Source: an uncultured Gammaproteobacteria bacterium
Lineage (GTDB): Bacteria > Pseudomonadota > Gammaproteobacteria > Tethybacterales > CBDBMS01
DNA: 28,642 bases
Reading direction: 5' to 3'
Assembly: GCA_964654265.1 (NCBI GenBank)
Contig: CAZZIL010000360.1
Coordinates: forward strand, 1-28,642
In this document: positions 1 to 9,669 of the stretch, one piece after another
How the letters are laid out: each line of letters begins with the position of its first letter
Position numbering within the stretch: the stretch's first letter is position 1
Notes under the pieces: generated by a model
The model's input: the letters and a program-made list of their open reading frames with translations, nothing else
What the model was told of the DNA's origin: nothing
Databases searched by the model: none
Position numbers and translations under genes: made by a program

Positions 1-1189
1 CCAGCCTCGCCAGTTGCGGGGCCAGCTGGGCCTGCATTGCCGGGTGCAGGTGGGACTCGGGTTCCTCGATGACGAGGATGTCGCCTTCCCGGACAAACTT
101 CCGAAGGAACAGCACGACCGGCGCCAGCCCGGAGACCGTGGACGACGCGCCCACCAGCGGGATAGCCGTCCCGCCCCCCATCCCGTTGGGCCGGTAGAAA
201 AAGGCCGGGAGGTCCGGCAGTTCTCCCCACTCCTCGTGGATCGTGCCGTCCAGGAGGTCTGTCTCCAGTCCCCTGGAGAACTCGGCGAGGGTCCCCTCTT
301 CCTCTCCCTTGCTGGCCAGCTTCTGAAGGAAGTCGGCAAGCACGCCCGGCAGCCCGGGAACGTCGCGGGCCGGGTTGGGCACCGTGCCAGTCGCCCGGAC
401 CGCCAGCGCGTGGATGAGCACGTTGAGCGCGCCCATGATCCCGGCGCGGTTCCCGGGGAGATAGTGCGAGGCGCGCACCAGCGGCCGGAAGGCCCCCGAG
501 AACGCGTGCCGGAGGAGCTGCCCGTATGCCGCGTCTGCCGCCTCCCGCAACCGCCCGGGACTCGCCTCGATGTCCGCGTCGCGGAGCAGGCGCCGCCAGT
601 CCCCGCCAGGCGCCATGTGGGGCGGGGGGCTGAGCTCGAAAGACGGCGGCACGTCCCCGCGCACCGAGACCGGGCCGGCGTCCGGCCCGATCTCGATCGT
701 CAGGCGTGAGGAGGTGTCCGGGACGAAGACTTCCACCCTTGCCGGGTGTGCCGGCCGGTCTCGGCCCCGCCTGCCAAGGTCGCGGGTCCCGAAATACCTG
801 CAGAGCGTGTCGCCGATCCCGTCGCGGACGCCGGCCGGCTCCGACAGGAACTCCCGCACCGCCTTCGCGACCGGGCCGGGAAGCGCCGGGGCGTCACCGG
901 GCGTCTCACGCCCGGTCTCCTGGCGCCCCGCCGCCCACGGCAGGAACGCCTCCCTCTCCTCGCCGGAAAGGCGGGCGGCGCCCCCGGGGCGGGGCGCGCG
1001 CAACAGCCCGGGGCTTTCCCGGCAGTGCGCGCACAGGGCGTGGACCAGCGTGGCCAGGAAGGACTTGCCCGTGTTGGCCGGCCCGACAAACACATTCAGC
1101 GGCCTCAGGTCGAACTCTGCCCTGGAGATGGGGCCGAGGTTCTCGACGGAGAGCGTGACTTCCCCTGCCGGCTTGGTGGCCACGCTCAC
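1..1189 (-). CDS. ABC-like AAA ATPase (AAA_15/AAA_21, AbiEii/OLD-like family), 3' end runs off the window
   Basis: Not in the ORF track; translated by hand from GTG at 1189 (alternative GTG 1183). Reads VATKPAGEVTLSVENLGPISRAEFDLRPLNVFVGPANTGKSFLA (Walker A), then YLPGNRAGIM, SSTVSGLAPVV (degenerate ABC signature) and ILVIEEPESHLHPAMQ (Walker B/D-loop). No stop codon before position 1. Confidence 0.85.
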   Translation of the reverse strand, partial: MSVATKPAGEVTLSVENLGPISRAEFDLRPLNVFVGPANTGKSFLATLVHALCAHCRESPGLLRAPRPGGAARLSGEEREAFLPWAAGRQETGRETPGDAPALPGPVAKAVREFLSEPAGVRDGIGDTLCRYFGTRDLGRRGRDRPAHPARVEVFVPDTSSRLTIEIGPDAGPVSVRGDVPPSFELSPPPHMAPGGDWRRLLRDADIEASPGRLREAADAAYGQLLRHAFSGAFRPLVRASHYLPGNRAGIMGALNVLIHALAVRATGTVPNPARDVPGLPGVLADFLQKLASKGEEEGTLAEFSRGLETDLLDGTIHEEWGELPDLPAFFYRPNGMGGGTAIPLVGASSTVSGLAPVVLFLRKFVREGDILVIEEPESHLHPAMQAQLAPQLARL

Positions 1190-1320
1190 GGCCGGGACGC
1201 CTTGCGGCCGCTGTCGTGCGGTGGCCTGGCCGGGGGGCGCCCACTGGCGCGGGGCGTCGGTTTCCCTCGCGCGTCGCCTCCTGTGGGGGTGTCTGCCATC
1301 GTCCGGTGGTCCGCGGCGGC

Positions 1321-1326
1321 ATTCTA
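1321..1326 (-). promoter_or_regulatory. putative sigma70 -10 box (TAGAAT) for the left-edge ATPase
   Basis: ATTCTA on + strand = TAGAAT on - strand, a rare AT-rich hexamer in a GC-rich intergenic region, oriented toward the ATPase. Confidence 0.5.
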
Positions 1327-1580
1327 TCCGTGCGGGGGGTTTGCGGCAAGTGGCGCGGCTTGGGCTGGGCTCCCGGGTTGCGGGCGCGGCTGCGCGGGCG
1401 GCGGGGAGGGCGCGCACGGGATTGCGCCGGGGCTTGGTTCCCTGCCTGCCGTTTCTCGGCGCGGGCGAGCCGGGTCGTCGGTCCGTCGCGGGGCGCGCCT
1501 TCGGGTTGTGGCGGCGGGCGGTCCCCGGGATGCCGCGGCGGACCGCCTGGCCGCGCGGGGTTGGCGCCTGGCGTTTCGCG

Positions 1581-1586
1581 TAGAAT
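1581..1586 (+). promoter_or_regulatory. putative sigma70 -10 box (TAGAAT) for DUF368-leuC-murJ
   Basis: TAGAAT about 85 nt upstream of ATG 1670; the same hexamer precedes several other transcription units in this window. Confidence 0.5.
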
Positions 1587-1669
1587 CCATCTCCGTGTCC
1601 CTTGGCGACAGCCTGGCCTGTCTCCGCCCCGCGTTTCTCGGGCGGGGTTCGCGCTGTGTCGGCACCTGA

Positions 1670-2575
1670 ATGAGACTTGAGCACGCGACCAACTACCTGA
1701 AGGGGTTCCTGATCGGGACCGTCGACCTTGTGCCGGGGGTCTCCGGCGGCACGGTGGCGTTGCTGGTCGGGATCTACGGGAGGCTGATCGGCGCCCTCAG
1801 CGCGATCAGCAGCCGCGGCCTCTGGGCCGACCTTGCCCGGCTCCGCATCGGCAGCGCCTGGCGGACGGTGGACGCGACCTTCATGGTCGCGGTCGCGTTC
1901 GGCGTGCTCACCGCGCTGCTCACGTTGCCGAGCGTGATCGGGCACCTGCTCGACAACCACCCCCACCTGATCCTCGGGTTCTTCTTCGGGCTGGTCCTGG
2001 CGTCCGCGGTCTACGTGGCGACGCTGGTGCGCGACTACACCCCGGCGCTGCTGTTCCTCGGCCTGGTCGGGGCGGCGCTGACCTTCCTGGTGGTCGCGCT
2101 CGACCCCACCCCGGACGCCGTGGTCCCGAGTCCGGCCCGTTACTTCTTCAGCGGGCTGGTCTCGATCTGCGCGATGCTGATGCCCGGCATCTCCGGCAGC
2201 CTGTTGCTGGTCAACCTCGGCATGTACGAGCGGATCATCGACGCCCTGCGCGGGCTCGACCCGATCATCCTCGTGTTCTGTGCCGGCGCCGTCGCCGGGC
2301 TCATCGGGTTCTCCCGGGTCATCAAGTGGCTGCTCGACCGGCACCACGACCGGCTCATGGCCGTCATCGTCGGCATCCTCCTCGGGAGCACCCACCTGCT
2401 GTGGCCCTGGAAGAAGGCCATCGAGGGGCTTCCGTTCTCCGGGCAGCCCAACCTGTTGCCGCGGCAGTACCCCGAGGATCCCGACACACTCTGGGTGGTC
2501 GCCCTGATGGCCCTCGGCGCGGTCCTGATCGCGCTCTTCGAGGGCGTGGTGCGGCGCAAGTCCCCGGCCGCCTAG
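1670..2575 (+). CDS. DUF368 family membrane protein (putative undecaprenyl-phosphate translocase)
   Basis: 301 aa, multi-pass hydrophobic, with the two internally repeated family motifs GTVDLVPGVSGGTVALLVGIY and ICAMLMPGISGSLLLVNLGMY. Confidence 0.9.
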   Translation: MRLEHATNYLKGFLIGTVDLVPGVSGGTVALLVGIYGRLIGALSAISSRGLWADLARLRIGSAWRTVDATFMVAVAFGVLTALLTLPSVIGHLLDNHPHLILGFFFGLVLASAVYVATLVRDYTPALLFLGLVGAALTFLVVALDPTPDAVVPSPARYFFSGLVSICAMLMPGISGSLLLVNLGMYERIIDALRGLDPIILVFCAGAVAGLIGFSRVIKWLLDRHHDRLMAVIVGILLGSTHLLWPWKKAIEGLPFSGQPNLLPRQYPEDPDTLWVVALMALGAVLIALFEGVVRRKSPAA

Positions 2576-2590
2576 GGGGAGGGATTCGCG

Positions 2591-4000
2591 ATGCCTGCGC
2601 AGACGCTGTACGACAAGATCTGGGAGCGCCACGTCGTCGAGCCGGTCGACGGCGGGACGGTGCTGCTCTACATCGACCGCCACCTGGTGCACGAGGTGAC
2701 GAGCCCGCAGGCGTTCGAGGGGCTGAGGCTCGCCGGCCGCGGCATGTGGCGCACCGACACCACGCTGGCGGTGCCGGACCACAACGTGCCGACGCGGGAC
2801 CGCTCCGAGATCGCAAACCCCGAGTCGCGGCTTCAGGTCGAGACCTTGGGCGCGAACTGCGCCGACTTCGGGGTCGAGCTGTTCGACCTGAGGGACGTCC
2901 GCCAGGGGATCGTCCACGTGATCGGCCCGGAGCAGGGGCTGACGCTTCCGGGCACGACCATCGTGTGCGGCGACTCGCACACCAGCACCCACGGCGCGTT
3001 CGGCGCCTTGGCGCTCGGCATCGGCACCTCGGACGTCGAGCACGTGTTCGCGACCCAGTGCATCCTGGCGCGCAAGTCCCGCTCGCTCAAGGTCGACATC
3101 AACGGCGCCTTGAGGCCCGGGGTCGTCGCCAAGGACGTGATCCTCCACGTCATCGGGCGGATCGGCACGGCCGGCGGCACCGGCCACGTCATCGAGTACG
3201 CCGGGGACACGGTGCGCGCGGCCTCGATGGAGGGGCGCATGACCATCTGCAACATGTCGATCGAGGCCGGCGCGCGCGCCGGGATGGTGGCGGTCGACGA
3301 CAAGACGCTCGCGCACCTGGAGCGGTGCCCGCGCGCGCCCAGGGGGAGCGACTTCGGGCGCGCGGCCGAGTACTGGTCGACCCTGTCGAGCGACGACGGC
3401 GCCCGCTTCGACCGGGTGGTCGCGATTGACGCGTCCGCGATCCGGCCGCAGGTCTCGTGGGGGACCAGCCCCGAGATGGTCGTCGACGTCGGCGCGCGCC
3501 TCCCGGACCCCGACGCGGAGGAGTCGCCCGCCAAGCGCGAGGGGATGCGCCGCGCGTACGAGTACATGGGGCTGGCCCCGGGGATCCCGGTGCAGGACAT
3601 CGCGCTCGACAAGGTGTTCATCGGGTCGTGCACCAACGCGCGCATCGAGGACCTGCGCGCGGCCGCCCGGATCGTCGAGGGGCGGAGGGTCGCGCCCAAC
3701 ATCCGCCAGGCGCTGGTCGTCCCCGGCTCCGGGCTCGTCCGCCGCCAGGCGGAGGACGAGGGGCTCGACCGCGTGTTCCGCGACGCCGGCTTCGAGTGGC
3801 GCGAGCCCGGATGCTCGATGTGCCTCGGCATGAACGACGACCGGATGGGGCCCGGCGAGCGTTGCGCGTCGACGTCGAACCGCAACTTCGAGGGGCGCCA
3901 GGGCTACAGGTCGCGCACCCACCTGGTCAGCCCCCCGATGGCCGCGGCCGCCGCCGTCGCCGGGCACTTCGTCGACGTCTGCGAGGAGTTCCCCCACTGA
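2591..4000 (+). CDS. leuC: 3-isopropylmalate dehydratase large subunit
   Basis: [37 protein letters not shown]; Fe-S ligand motifs FIGSCTN and [10 protein letters not shown]; [20 protein letters not shown] upstream. Confidence 0.97.
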   Translation: MPAQTLYDKIWERHVVEPVDGGTVLLYIDRHLVHEVTSPQAFEGLRLAGRGMWRTDTTLAVPDHNVPTRDRSEIANPESRLQVETLGANCADFGVELFDLRDVRQGIVHVIGPEQGLTLPGTTIVCGDSHTSTHGAFGALALGIGTSDVEHVFATQCILARKSRSLKVDINGALRPGVVAKDVILHVIGRIGTAGGTGHVIEYAGDTVRAASMEGRMTICNMSIEAGARAGMVAVDDKTLAHLERCPRAPRGSDFGRAAEYWSTLSSDDGARFDRVVAIDASAIRPQVSWGTSPEMVVDVGARLPDPDAEESPAKREGMRRAYEYMGLAPGIPVQDIALDKVFIGSCTNARIEDLRAAARIVEGRRVAPNIRQALVVPGSGLVRRQAEDEGLDRVFRDAGFEWREPGCSMCLGMNDDRMGPGERCASTSNRNFEGRQGYRSRTHLVSPPMAAAAAVAGHFVDVCEEFPH

Positions 4001-4046
4001 CCTCCGCGCGGGCAGGCCCCCGGCGCGCGCCTGCGCGGGCACGGCC

Positions 4047-5642
4047 GTGAACCTGCTCGGGTCGCTCGCGTCGGTCAGCGGGCTGACGCTCGTCTCCCGC
4101 GTCCTCGGCGTCCTGCGCGACGTCGCGATCGCGTCGACGTTCCGCACCGGCACCGTCACCGACGCGTTCTTCATCGCGTTCAAGCTGCCCAACCTGCTGA
4201 GGCGGTTCTTCGCCGAGGGGGCGTTCACCCAGGCGTTCGTCCCGGTGTTCAACGAGATGCGCGCCACGCGCGGCGAGGCCGGCGCCAAGCGGTTCACCGA
4301 CGAGACCGCCGGGCTGCTGCTGCTGGTCCTGCTCGCCGTCACCGCCGTCGGCGTCGTCGCCGCCCCGCTCGTCATCGCGCTCGTCGTCCCCGGGTTCGCC
4401 GAGGTCCCCGGCAAGCAGGAGCTCGCCGCCGCGCTGCTGCGCATCATGATGCCCTACATCCTCTTCATGTCGCTCGCCGCACTGTGCTCGTCGATCCTCA
4501 GCTCGCACAGCCGGTTCAGGATCCCCGCGTTCACGCCCGCGCTGCTCAACCTGTCGATGATCGCGGCGACGCTCCTCGTCGCCCCGCGGGTGGAGGAGCC
4601 GGTCAAGGCCCTCGCCTGGGGGGTGTTTGTCGGCGGGGCGCTCCAGCTCGGCGTGCAGCTGTGGGCGACGCGTTCGATCCGGATGCTTCCGCGGCCGCGC
4701 CGGCCCAGCGGGGAGATGCCGGTGCGGCGCGTGCTCGGCCTGGTCGGCCAGGGGGCGCTCGGCGTCTCGGTCGCGCAGGTGAGCCTGGCGATCAACATGG
4801 TGTTCGCGTCGTTCCTGGACGAGGGGAGCGTCACCTGGCTGTACTACGCCGACCGGCTGATGGAGCTCCCGGCCGGGATGCTCGGCGCCGCGCTCGCGGT
4901 GATCATCCTGCCGTCGCTGTCGCGTGCCGGGGCGCGCGCCGACGCGCGCGCGTTCACCGAGGTGATCGACTGGGCGATGCGGATCGCCGTCGTGCTGGCG
5001 GTGCCGGCGGCCGTCGGGCTCGCCGCGCTCGCGGCCCCGGTGATCTCGACGCTGTTCGAGCACGGGGAGTTCCGCTCCGGCGACACCGCGAAGACCGCGG
5101 CGGCGCTGCGCGCGTACAGCGTCGGCGTCGTCGGCTTCATCCTCGTCAAGGTGCTCGCCTCGGGCTTCTTCGCGCACCAGAACATGGCGACCCCGGTGCG
5201 CGTCGCCGTGGTGACGCTGTGCGCGACCCAGGCGATGAACGCGCTCTTCGTGCTGGCGCTCGGCCTCGGCCACGTCGGCCTCGCGCTCTCGGTGAGCCTG
5301 GCGGCGTGCCTGAACGCCGCCCTGCTCGCGTACGCCATGCGCTCCCGCGGGATCGCCTTCGTCGGCCCGGGATGGCGCCGGCTCGTCCCCAAGGTCGCGG
5401 TCGCGTCGGCGGCCCTGGCTGTCGCGGCCGTCTGGCTCAGCCCCGACCCCGGCCACTGGTCCGGCGAGTCCGCGGCCGGGCGCGCCGCGCTGCTCGCCGC
5501 GCTCGTCGGCGGCGGGATGGCCCTCTACTTCCTCGTGCTGTTCGCGCTCGGGGTCCGCGTCTCCCAGTTCTCGCTCCGGGAGCGGGGAATCGACCCGGCG
5601 CCCGCCGGGAAACCCTTGCCGCCCGAGGCCGGGGGGGAGTGA
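4047..5642 (+). CDS. murJ: lipid II flippase MurJ (MviN)
   Basis: GTG start; TLVSRVLGVLRD, DAFFIAFKLPNLLRRFFAEGAFTQAFVP, LYYADRLMELPAG; about 14 hydrophobic segments. Confidence 0.96.
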   Translation: MNLLGSLASVSGLTLVSRVLGVLRDVAIASTFRTGTVTDAFFIAFKLPNLLRRFFAEGAFTQAFVPVFNEMRATRGEAGAKRFTDETAGLLLLVLLAVTAVGVVAAPLVIALVVPGFAEVPGKQELAAALLRIMMPYILFMSLAALCSSILSSHSRFRIPAFTPALLNLSMIAATLLVAPRVEEPVKALAWGVFVGGALQLGVQLWATRSIRMLPRPRRPSGEMPVRRVLGLVGQGALGVSVAQVSLAINMVFASFLDEGSVTWLYYADRLMELPAGMLGAALAVIILPSLSRAGARADARAFTEVIDWAMRIAVVLAVPAAVGLAALAAPVISTLFEHGEFRSGDTAKTAAALRAYSVGVVGFILVKVLASGFFAHQNMATPVRVAVVTLCATQAMNALFVLALGLGHVGLALSVSLAACLNAALLAYAMRSRGIAFVGPGWRRLVPKVAVASAALAVAAVWLSPDPGHWSGESAAGRAALLAALVGGGMALYFLVLFALGVRVSQFSLRERGIDPAPAGKPLPPEAGGE

Positions 5643-5657
5643 GGCCGGGCGGTTTCG

Positions 5658-5972
5658 CTACCCGACGACGAGGATCGCGAGCATCCCGGCGAGCACCGTC
5701 GCGAACAGGCTGCGGGTCGCGACCGCGCACGCCAGGCACACCGCCGCCGCGAGCAGCTGTGGGACGGCGTCCTCCCAGGATCCGCCGTCCTGCGGGATCA
5801 GCGCCTGCGCGACCAGCGCGGTCATGACGGTCACCGGGATGAACGACAGCCACTCGCGGAACCATCCCGGGAACTCCAGCCGCCTCAGGAGCGCCAGCGG
5901 CAGCACGCGCGGCAGCAGCGTCACCGCGCCGCACCCGAGGACGATCAGGAGGATTTCCGGCCTGACTTCCAC
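5658..5972 (-). CDS. azlD: AzlD-family small membrane subunit of a branched-chain amino acid exporter
   Basis: GTG at 5972 gives MEVRPEILLIVLGCGAVTLLPRVLP...WLSFIPVTVMTALV...SLFATVLAGM (104 aa); overlaps the azlC stop. The longer ORF-track entry 5658..6734 is an over-extension. Confidence 0.85.
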   Translation of the reverse strand: MEVRPEILLIVLGCGAVTLLPRVLPLALLRRLEFPGWFREWLSFIPVTVMTALVAQALIPQDGGSWEDAVPQLLAAAVCLACAVATRSLFATVLAGMLAILVVG

Positions 5973-6700
5973 CTTGACACCCCCATTGCGATCGACGCCG
6001 CGGCGACCGCGGTGACCACCACCCCGGAGTCGCGGCCGACCAGCCAGGACACGGGCTCGACGAGCGCGACCACCAGCAGCGCGGCGAACACCTCCAGCGC
6101 CCGGCTCCGGGCCGCCGATATCTGCGTCACGACGAGCCCGATGAACATCGCGACCAGCGCGAAGCGGAGGCTGCCGAACAGCCGCTCCGGGATCAGCCCG
6201 ACCGCCAGCGCGCCCGCGAGGTTGCCGGCCAGCCAGTTGGCGTAGGCCGTCAGGTTCAGCCCAAGCATCCACCAGAAGGAAATCCGCCCGGTGCGCCTCG
6301 CCTCCGCCGAGGCGACCCCGAACGTCTCGTCGGTCAGCTGGGAGCCGAGAAGCAGGCACCGGGCCGCGCCGAGCCGCCTGAGGAACGGGACCAGGAAGAT
6401 CGACATCAGCAGGTGGCGCAGGTTGACAAAGAAGACCGTCGCCCACACCGTCGCCGCCGCCGCCTGGGACTGGACCATCCCCGCGAGGATGAACTGCGCC
6501 GACCCGGCGTACAGCACCAGGCACGCGAGCGCGATCTCGGCGACGCTCATCCCCGACACCCGGCACAGCGCGCCCGCCGAGAACCCGATGCTCAGGTAGC
6601 CCAGGACGGTCGGCACGCACGCGACGCACCCCCGCCGGAACTCCGCGCCGCGCCCGTCGGCGACCGGCCCCTCGCGCGCGCCTGCGTCCCGTGCTGCCAT
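5945..6700 (-). CDS. azlC: AzlC-family branched-chain amino acid permease/exporter
   Basis: PTVLGYLSIGFSAG, YAGSAQF, VNLRHLLMS, LTDETFGVA, FALVAMFIGL motifs. Start ATG 6700 chosen (alternative ATG 6718). Confidence 0.9.
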   Translation of the reverse strand: MAARDAGAREGPVADGRGAEFRRGCVACVPTVLGYLSIGFSAGALCRVSGMSVAEIALACLVLYAGSAQFILAGMVQSQAAAATVWATVFFVNLRHLLMSIFLVPFLRRLGAARCLLLGSQLTDETFGVASAEARRTGRISFWWMLGLNLTAYANWLAGNLAGALAVGLIPERLFGSLRFALVAMFIGLVVTQISAARSRALEVFAALLVVALVEPVSWLVGRDSGVVVTAVAAASIAMGVSRWKSGRKSS

Positions 6701-6796
6701 ACCGAAAGCGGGTAGCATAACCGCGCGCCGGCAACCGGGGCGGACAGGTCCTGTCGGCGGGCGCGCGGCGGGCACGCGGTGTTGTAACATCGGCCC

Positions 6797-7897
6797 ATGG
6801 CGACGGACCGGGGGAATCCCTTCACGCCGGGCGCCGGCAGGAGCCCGCCGCTCCTGGCCGAGCGCGAGCGGGCAACGCGCATCCTGTCGGACGGGGTGCG
6901 CGACATCCTTGACGGCGATCACGGCAACGGTGTGGTGCTGTGCGGCCCGAGGGGCGCCGGCAAGACGGCCCTGCTGGCCGTGGCGGCGAGGCACGCGGCC
7001 GAGGGGCGGGCGAACGTGCGCGAGCTGGCGCCGGCCGGCGCCGCGGGCGGGACCGCATGGAGACTCCGGGCGCCCGGCAGACAGCCGGGAACGGCGGCCG
7101 GGAACGTGCCGGGGGAGGTGGCGCCCCCGCCCGGTTGCGTCGTTCTCGGGCTGCATTCCGTCGCGATGTCCGGCCCGACGCTGCTTCTGGTGGACGATGC
7201 GCACCGCCTGCCACCCGCCCTCGGCAGGGTGTTGCTCCATGCCATCCGGAGATGCGTCAGCCAAGGTCTTCCGTTGCTCGCCGTCCTTGCCGGGGACCCG
7301 CGCCTGCCGGAGACTCTCGGGAACACGGGCGCCGACTTCTGGGAGCTCATGCCCGACATCCACATCGGCCGCATCGGGTCCGACGACGCGGTCCGGATGG
7401 CGCTGGCGCTCCCCGCGGAAAGGTCGGGGCTCCCGATCGATGGCGACGCGGCGGACCTCCTGGTCCGCGAGAGCGAGGGGCACCCCTTCTTCATCCAGCT
7501 GCTCGGCAGCGAGGCGTGGCGGGAGGGCGCCGCAAGGCGGGGCGCGCCCCGCCGAATCACGCTGGCGGACGCGCGGCGGGGCGCCAAGGCCGCGAACCGG
7601 GAGCGGGAAAGGCTCTGCGCGGCCTGCCGGGCGGGGCTGCGCGAGCGCGGTCTTCTGGACACGGCCGAGTGGGTGTCGGGGCTGATGGTCGCGCCCGGCG
7701 GCCGGACGCTCCACTGGAAGACGGCAAAGGCCGCGCTGACGCAAGGCGAGGGTCCCGTCCCTCCCGATGCGCGGTGGGACCGCGTCAGGCAGGACCTGCG
7801 GGCGCTGGAGCGCCTGGGAGTGGTCTGGAGTGTGGGCGGCGGGTTCTGGGAGCCGGGCATCCCGGCGCTTTGCCGGCACCTGGTCGCCCACGCGTGA
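6797..7897 (+). CDS. P-loop ATP-binding protein (AAA_16 / archaeal-ATPase-like) with probable C-terminal winged helix
   Basis: N-terminal NPFTPGAGRSPPLLAERE, Walker A GPRGAGKT, Walker B LLLVDDAH, and SEGHPFFIQLLG helix typical of this family. Confidence 0.75.
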   Translation: MATDRGNPFTPGAGRSPPLLAERERATRILSDGVRDILDGDHGNGVVLCGPRGAGKTALLAVAARHAAEGRANVRELAPAGAAGGTAWRLRAPGRQPGTAAGNVPGEVAPPPGCVVLGLHSVAMSGPTLLLVDDAHRLPPALGRVLLHAIRRCVSQGLPLLAVLAGDPRLPETLGNTGADFWELMPDIHIGRIGSDDAVRMALALPAERSGLPIDGDAADLLVRESEGHPFFIQLLGSEAWREGAARRGAPRRITLADARRGAKAANRERERLCAACRAGLRERGLLDTAEWVSGLMVAPGGRTLHWKTAKAALTQGEGPVPPDARWDRVRQDLRALERLGVVWSVGGGFWEPGIPALCRHLVAHA

Positions 7898-7931
7898 GGA
7901 TCGCCGGGGGCGGCCCCGGCGCGGCGGCGCC

Positions 7932-7940
7932 TGCTAACAT
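7932..7940 (+). promoter_or_regulatory. putative extended -10 promoter (TGc-TAACAT) for GFA-ispG
   Basis: TGCTAACAT, followed by an AAGGAG RBS 5 nt before ATG 7976. Confidence 0.45.
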
Positions 7941-7975
7941 ATGCGCGGGTCTGGCCGACGGGACAAGGAGACGGC

Positions 7976-8404
7976 ATGTCAGGGGAGAAGGTGATCACCG
8001 GCGGGTGCCATTGCGGCGCGGTGCGCTACTCGTTCACCGGGAAGATGATGTGGCCGGGGAACTGCCACTGCTCGGTCTGCCGGAGGTTCAGCGGCGGCAA
8101 GGGAGGCTCCTGGTTCGGGGTCATGGCCGACGGCCTCGCGGTGGACGGGGAGGTCGCCTACCATGAGTACCGGGCCGACAGCGGGAACACCATCCGCCGC
8201 GGGCGGTGCGCGGTGTGCGGGGCCCCCGTGTGCAACCGCAACTCGGCGATGCCGGACGTCGTGGTGATCGCCGCCGGGAGCCTAGACGACCCGGGAGTGT
8301 TCGCGCCGCGCATGGAGATCTACGCGGGGAGCGCCCCGCCCTGGGACAGGCTTGACGGGGGGCTGCCGCACTTCGACGGGATGCCGGTCCCCGGCGGGGG
8401 CTGA
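7976..8404 (+). CDS. GFA/CENP-V family Zn-binding protein
   Basis: [18 protein letters not shown] and [10 protein letters not shown] cysteine motifs; strong RBS. Confidence 0.92.
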   Translation: MSGEKVITGGCHCGAVRYSFTGKMMWPGNCHCSVCRRFSGGKGGSWFGVMADGLAVDGEVAYHEYRADSGNTIRRGRCAVCGAPVCNRNSAMPDVVVIAAGSLDDPGVFAPRMEIYAGSAPPWDRLDGGLPHFDGMPVPGGG

Positions 8405-8409
8405 CGGGC

Positions 8410-9669
8410 TTGGGCGCCGGCCAAGCGGCCAGCCGCGAGAGGGACGACACGGAGGCCGCCTTCCCCACCCCGCGCCGGTCGATCCCGGTGCGGGTCGGCC
8501 CGGTGACCATCGGCGGCGGCGCCCCGGTGTCGGTGCAGTCGATGACCGACACCGAGACCGCGGACGTCGGGCGCACCGCGCGGCAGTGCCTGGAGCTGGC
8601 CCAGGCCGGGTCCGAGCTGGTGCGCATCACCGTGAACACGCCGGCGGCGGCAAGGGCCGTGCCGCACATCCGGGAACGCCTGCTGCGCGACGACTGTCCC
8701 GTCCCGCTGGTCGGTGACTTCCACTACAACGGCCACAAGCTGCTCGCGCGGGAGCCCGCGTGCGCCGAGGCGCTCGACAAGTTCCGCATCAACCCGGGGA
8801 ACGTCGGCCGGGGAGAGCGGCGCTCCAGGCACTTCGGCGAGATAGTCGAGGTCGCGTGCCGGCTGGGCAAGGCGGTGCGGATCGGCGTCAACTGGGGCAG
8901 CCTGGACCAGGAGCTGCTCACCCGGATGATGGACGAGAACGCGGCGCGCGCGGCCCCCCTGGACGCCAGGGCGGTCACCCGGGGCGCGCTGGTCGCCTCC
9001 GCGCTGCGCTCGGCCGAGGAGGCCGTCCGCGTCGGGCTGCCGAGCGACCGCATCGTCCTGTCCTGCAAGGTGAGCGAGGTCGGCACGCTGGTCCAGGTCT
9101 ACCGGGAGCTCGCCGCGCGGTGCGACCACCCGCTCCATGTCGGACTGACCGAGGCCGGCATGGGGATCAACGGGATCGTCTCCTCCACCGCGGCGATCGC
9201 GCTCCTCCTGGGCGAGGGCATCGGCGACACCATCCGCGTCTCGATCACCCCGCCCGCCGACGGCGACCGATGCGACGAGGTGCGCGTCGCCCAAGGCATC
9301 CTGCAGAGCCTCGGGCTCAGGTCGTTCGCGCCGTCGGTCACGTCCTGCCCGGGATGCGGGCGCACCGACAGCACGTTCTTCCAGCGGCTCGCCCAGGAGG
9401 TGCAGGAGGACATCAACCGGAACATGCCGCGCTGGCGCAAGGCCCACCCCGGCGTCGAGAACCTCAGGATCGCCGTCATGGGGTGCGTCGTCAACGGCCC
9501 CGGCGAAAGCCGGCACGCCGACATCGGGATCAGCCTCCCCGGCAGCGGCGAGGACCCGGTCGCGCCCGTCTTTGTCGACGGCGAGAAGGTGACCTCGCTC
9601 AAGGGGCCGGACATCGCGGGGGACTTCCGCGGGATCGTCGAGGACTACATCCGCCGCCGCTACGCCTGA
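8410..9669 (+). CDS. ispG: (E)-4-hydroxy-3-methylbut-2-enyl-diphosphate synthase
   Basis: [75 protein letters not shown] start is uncertain. Confidence 0.96.
   Translation: MGAGQAASRERDDTEAAFPTPRRSIPVRVGPVTIGGGAPVSVQSMTDTETADVGRTARQCLELAQAGSELVRITVNTPAAARAVPHIRERLLRDDCPVPLVGDFHYNGHKLLAREPACAEALDKFRINPGNVGRGERRSRHFGEIVEVACRLGKAVRIGVNWGSLDQELLTRMMDENAARAAPLDARAVTRGALVASALRSAEEAVRVGLPSDRIVLSCKVSEVGTLVQVYRELAARCDHPLHVGLTEAGMGINGIVSSTAAIALLLGEGIGDTIRVSITPPADGDRCDEVRVAQGILQSLGLRSFAPSVTSCPGCGRTDSTFFQRLAQEVQEDINRNMPRWRKAHPGVENLRIAVMGCVVNGPGESRHADIGISLPGSGEDPVAPVFVDGEKVTSLKGPDIAGDFRGIVEDYIRRRYA

Noticed and set aside
14-1583. Long + strand ORFs (14..709, 570..1583, 746..1669)
   Set aside because: Shadow frames of GC-rich DNA opposite the real minus-strand ATPase; Arg/Gly/Pro-rich with no motifs.
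3927-5456. 509-aa minus-strand ORF and similar long antisense ORFs over leuC, ispG, argJ, ppiD (19136..21175) and the binding-protein gene (16075..18231)
   Set aside because: Antisense mirror frames expected from strong GC3 bias; no independent start signals or domains.
5945-7891. ORF-track 648-aa N-terminal extension of AzlC, and similar extensions of HemE, the family-5 binding protein, the Sel1 protein and the S8 protease
   Set aside because: The extensions overlap real genes on the other strand or frame; downstream starts fit family length and promoter positions.
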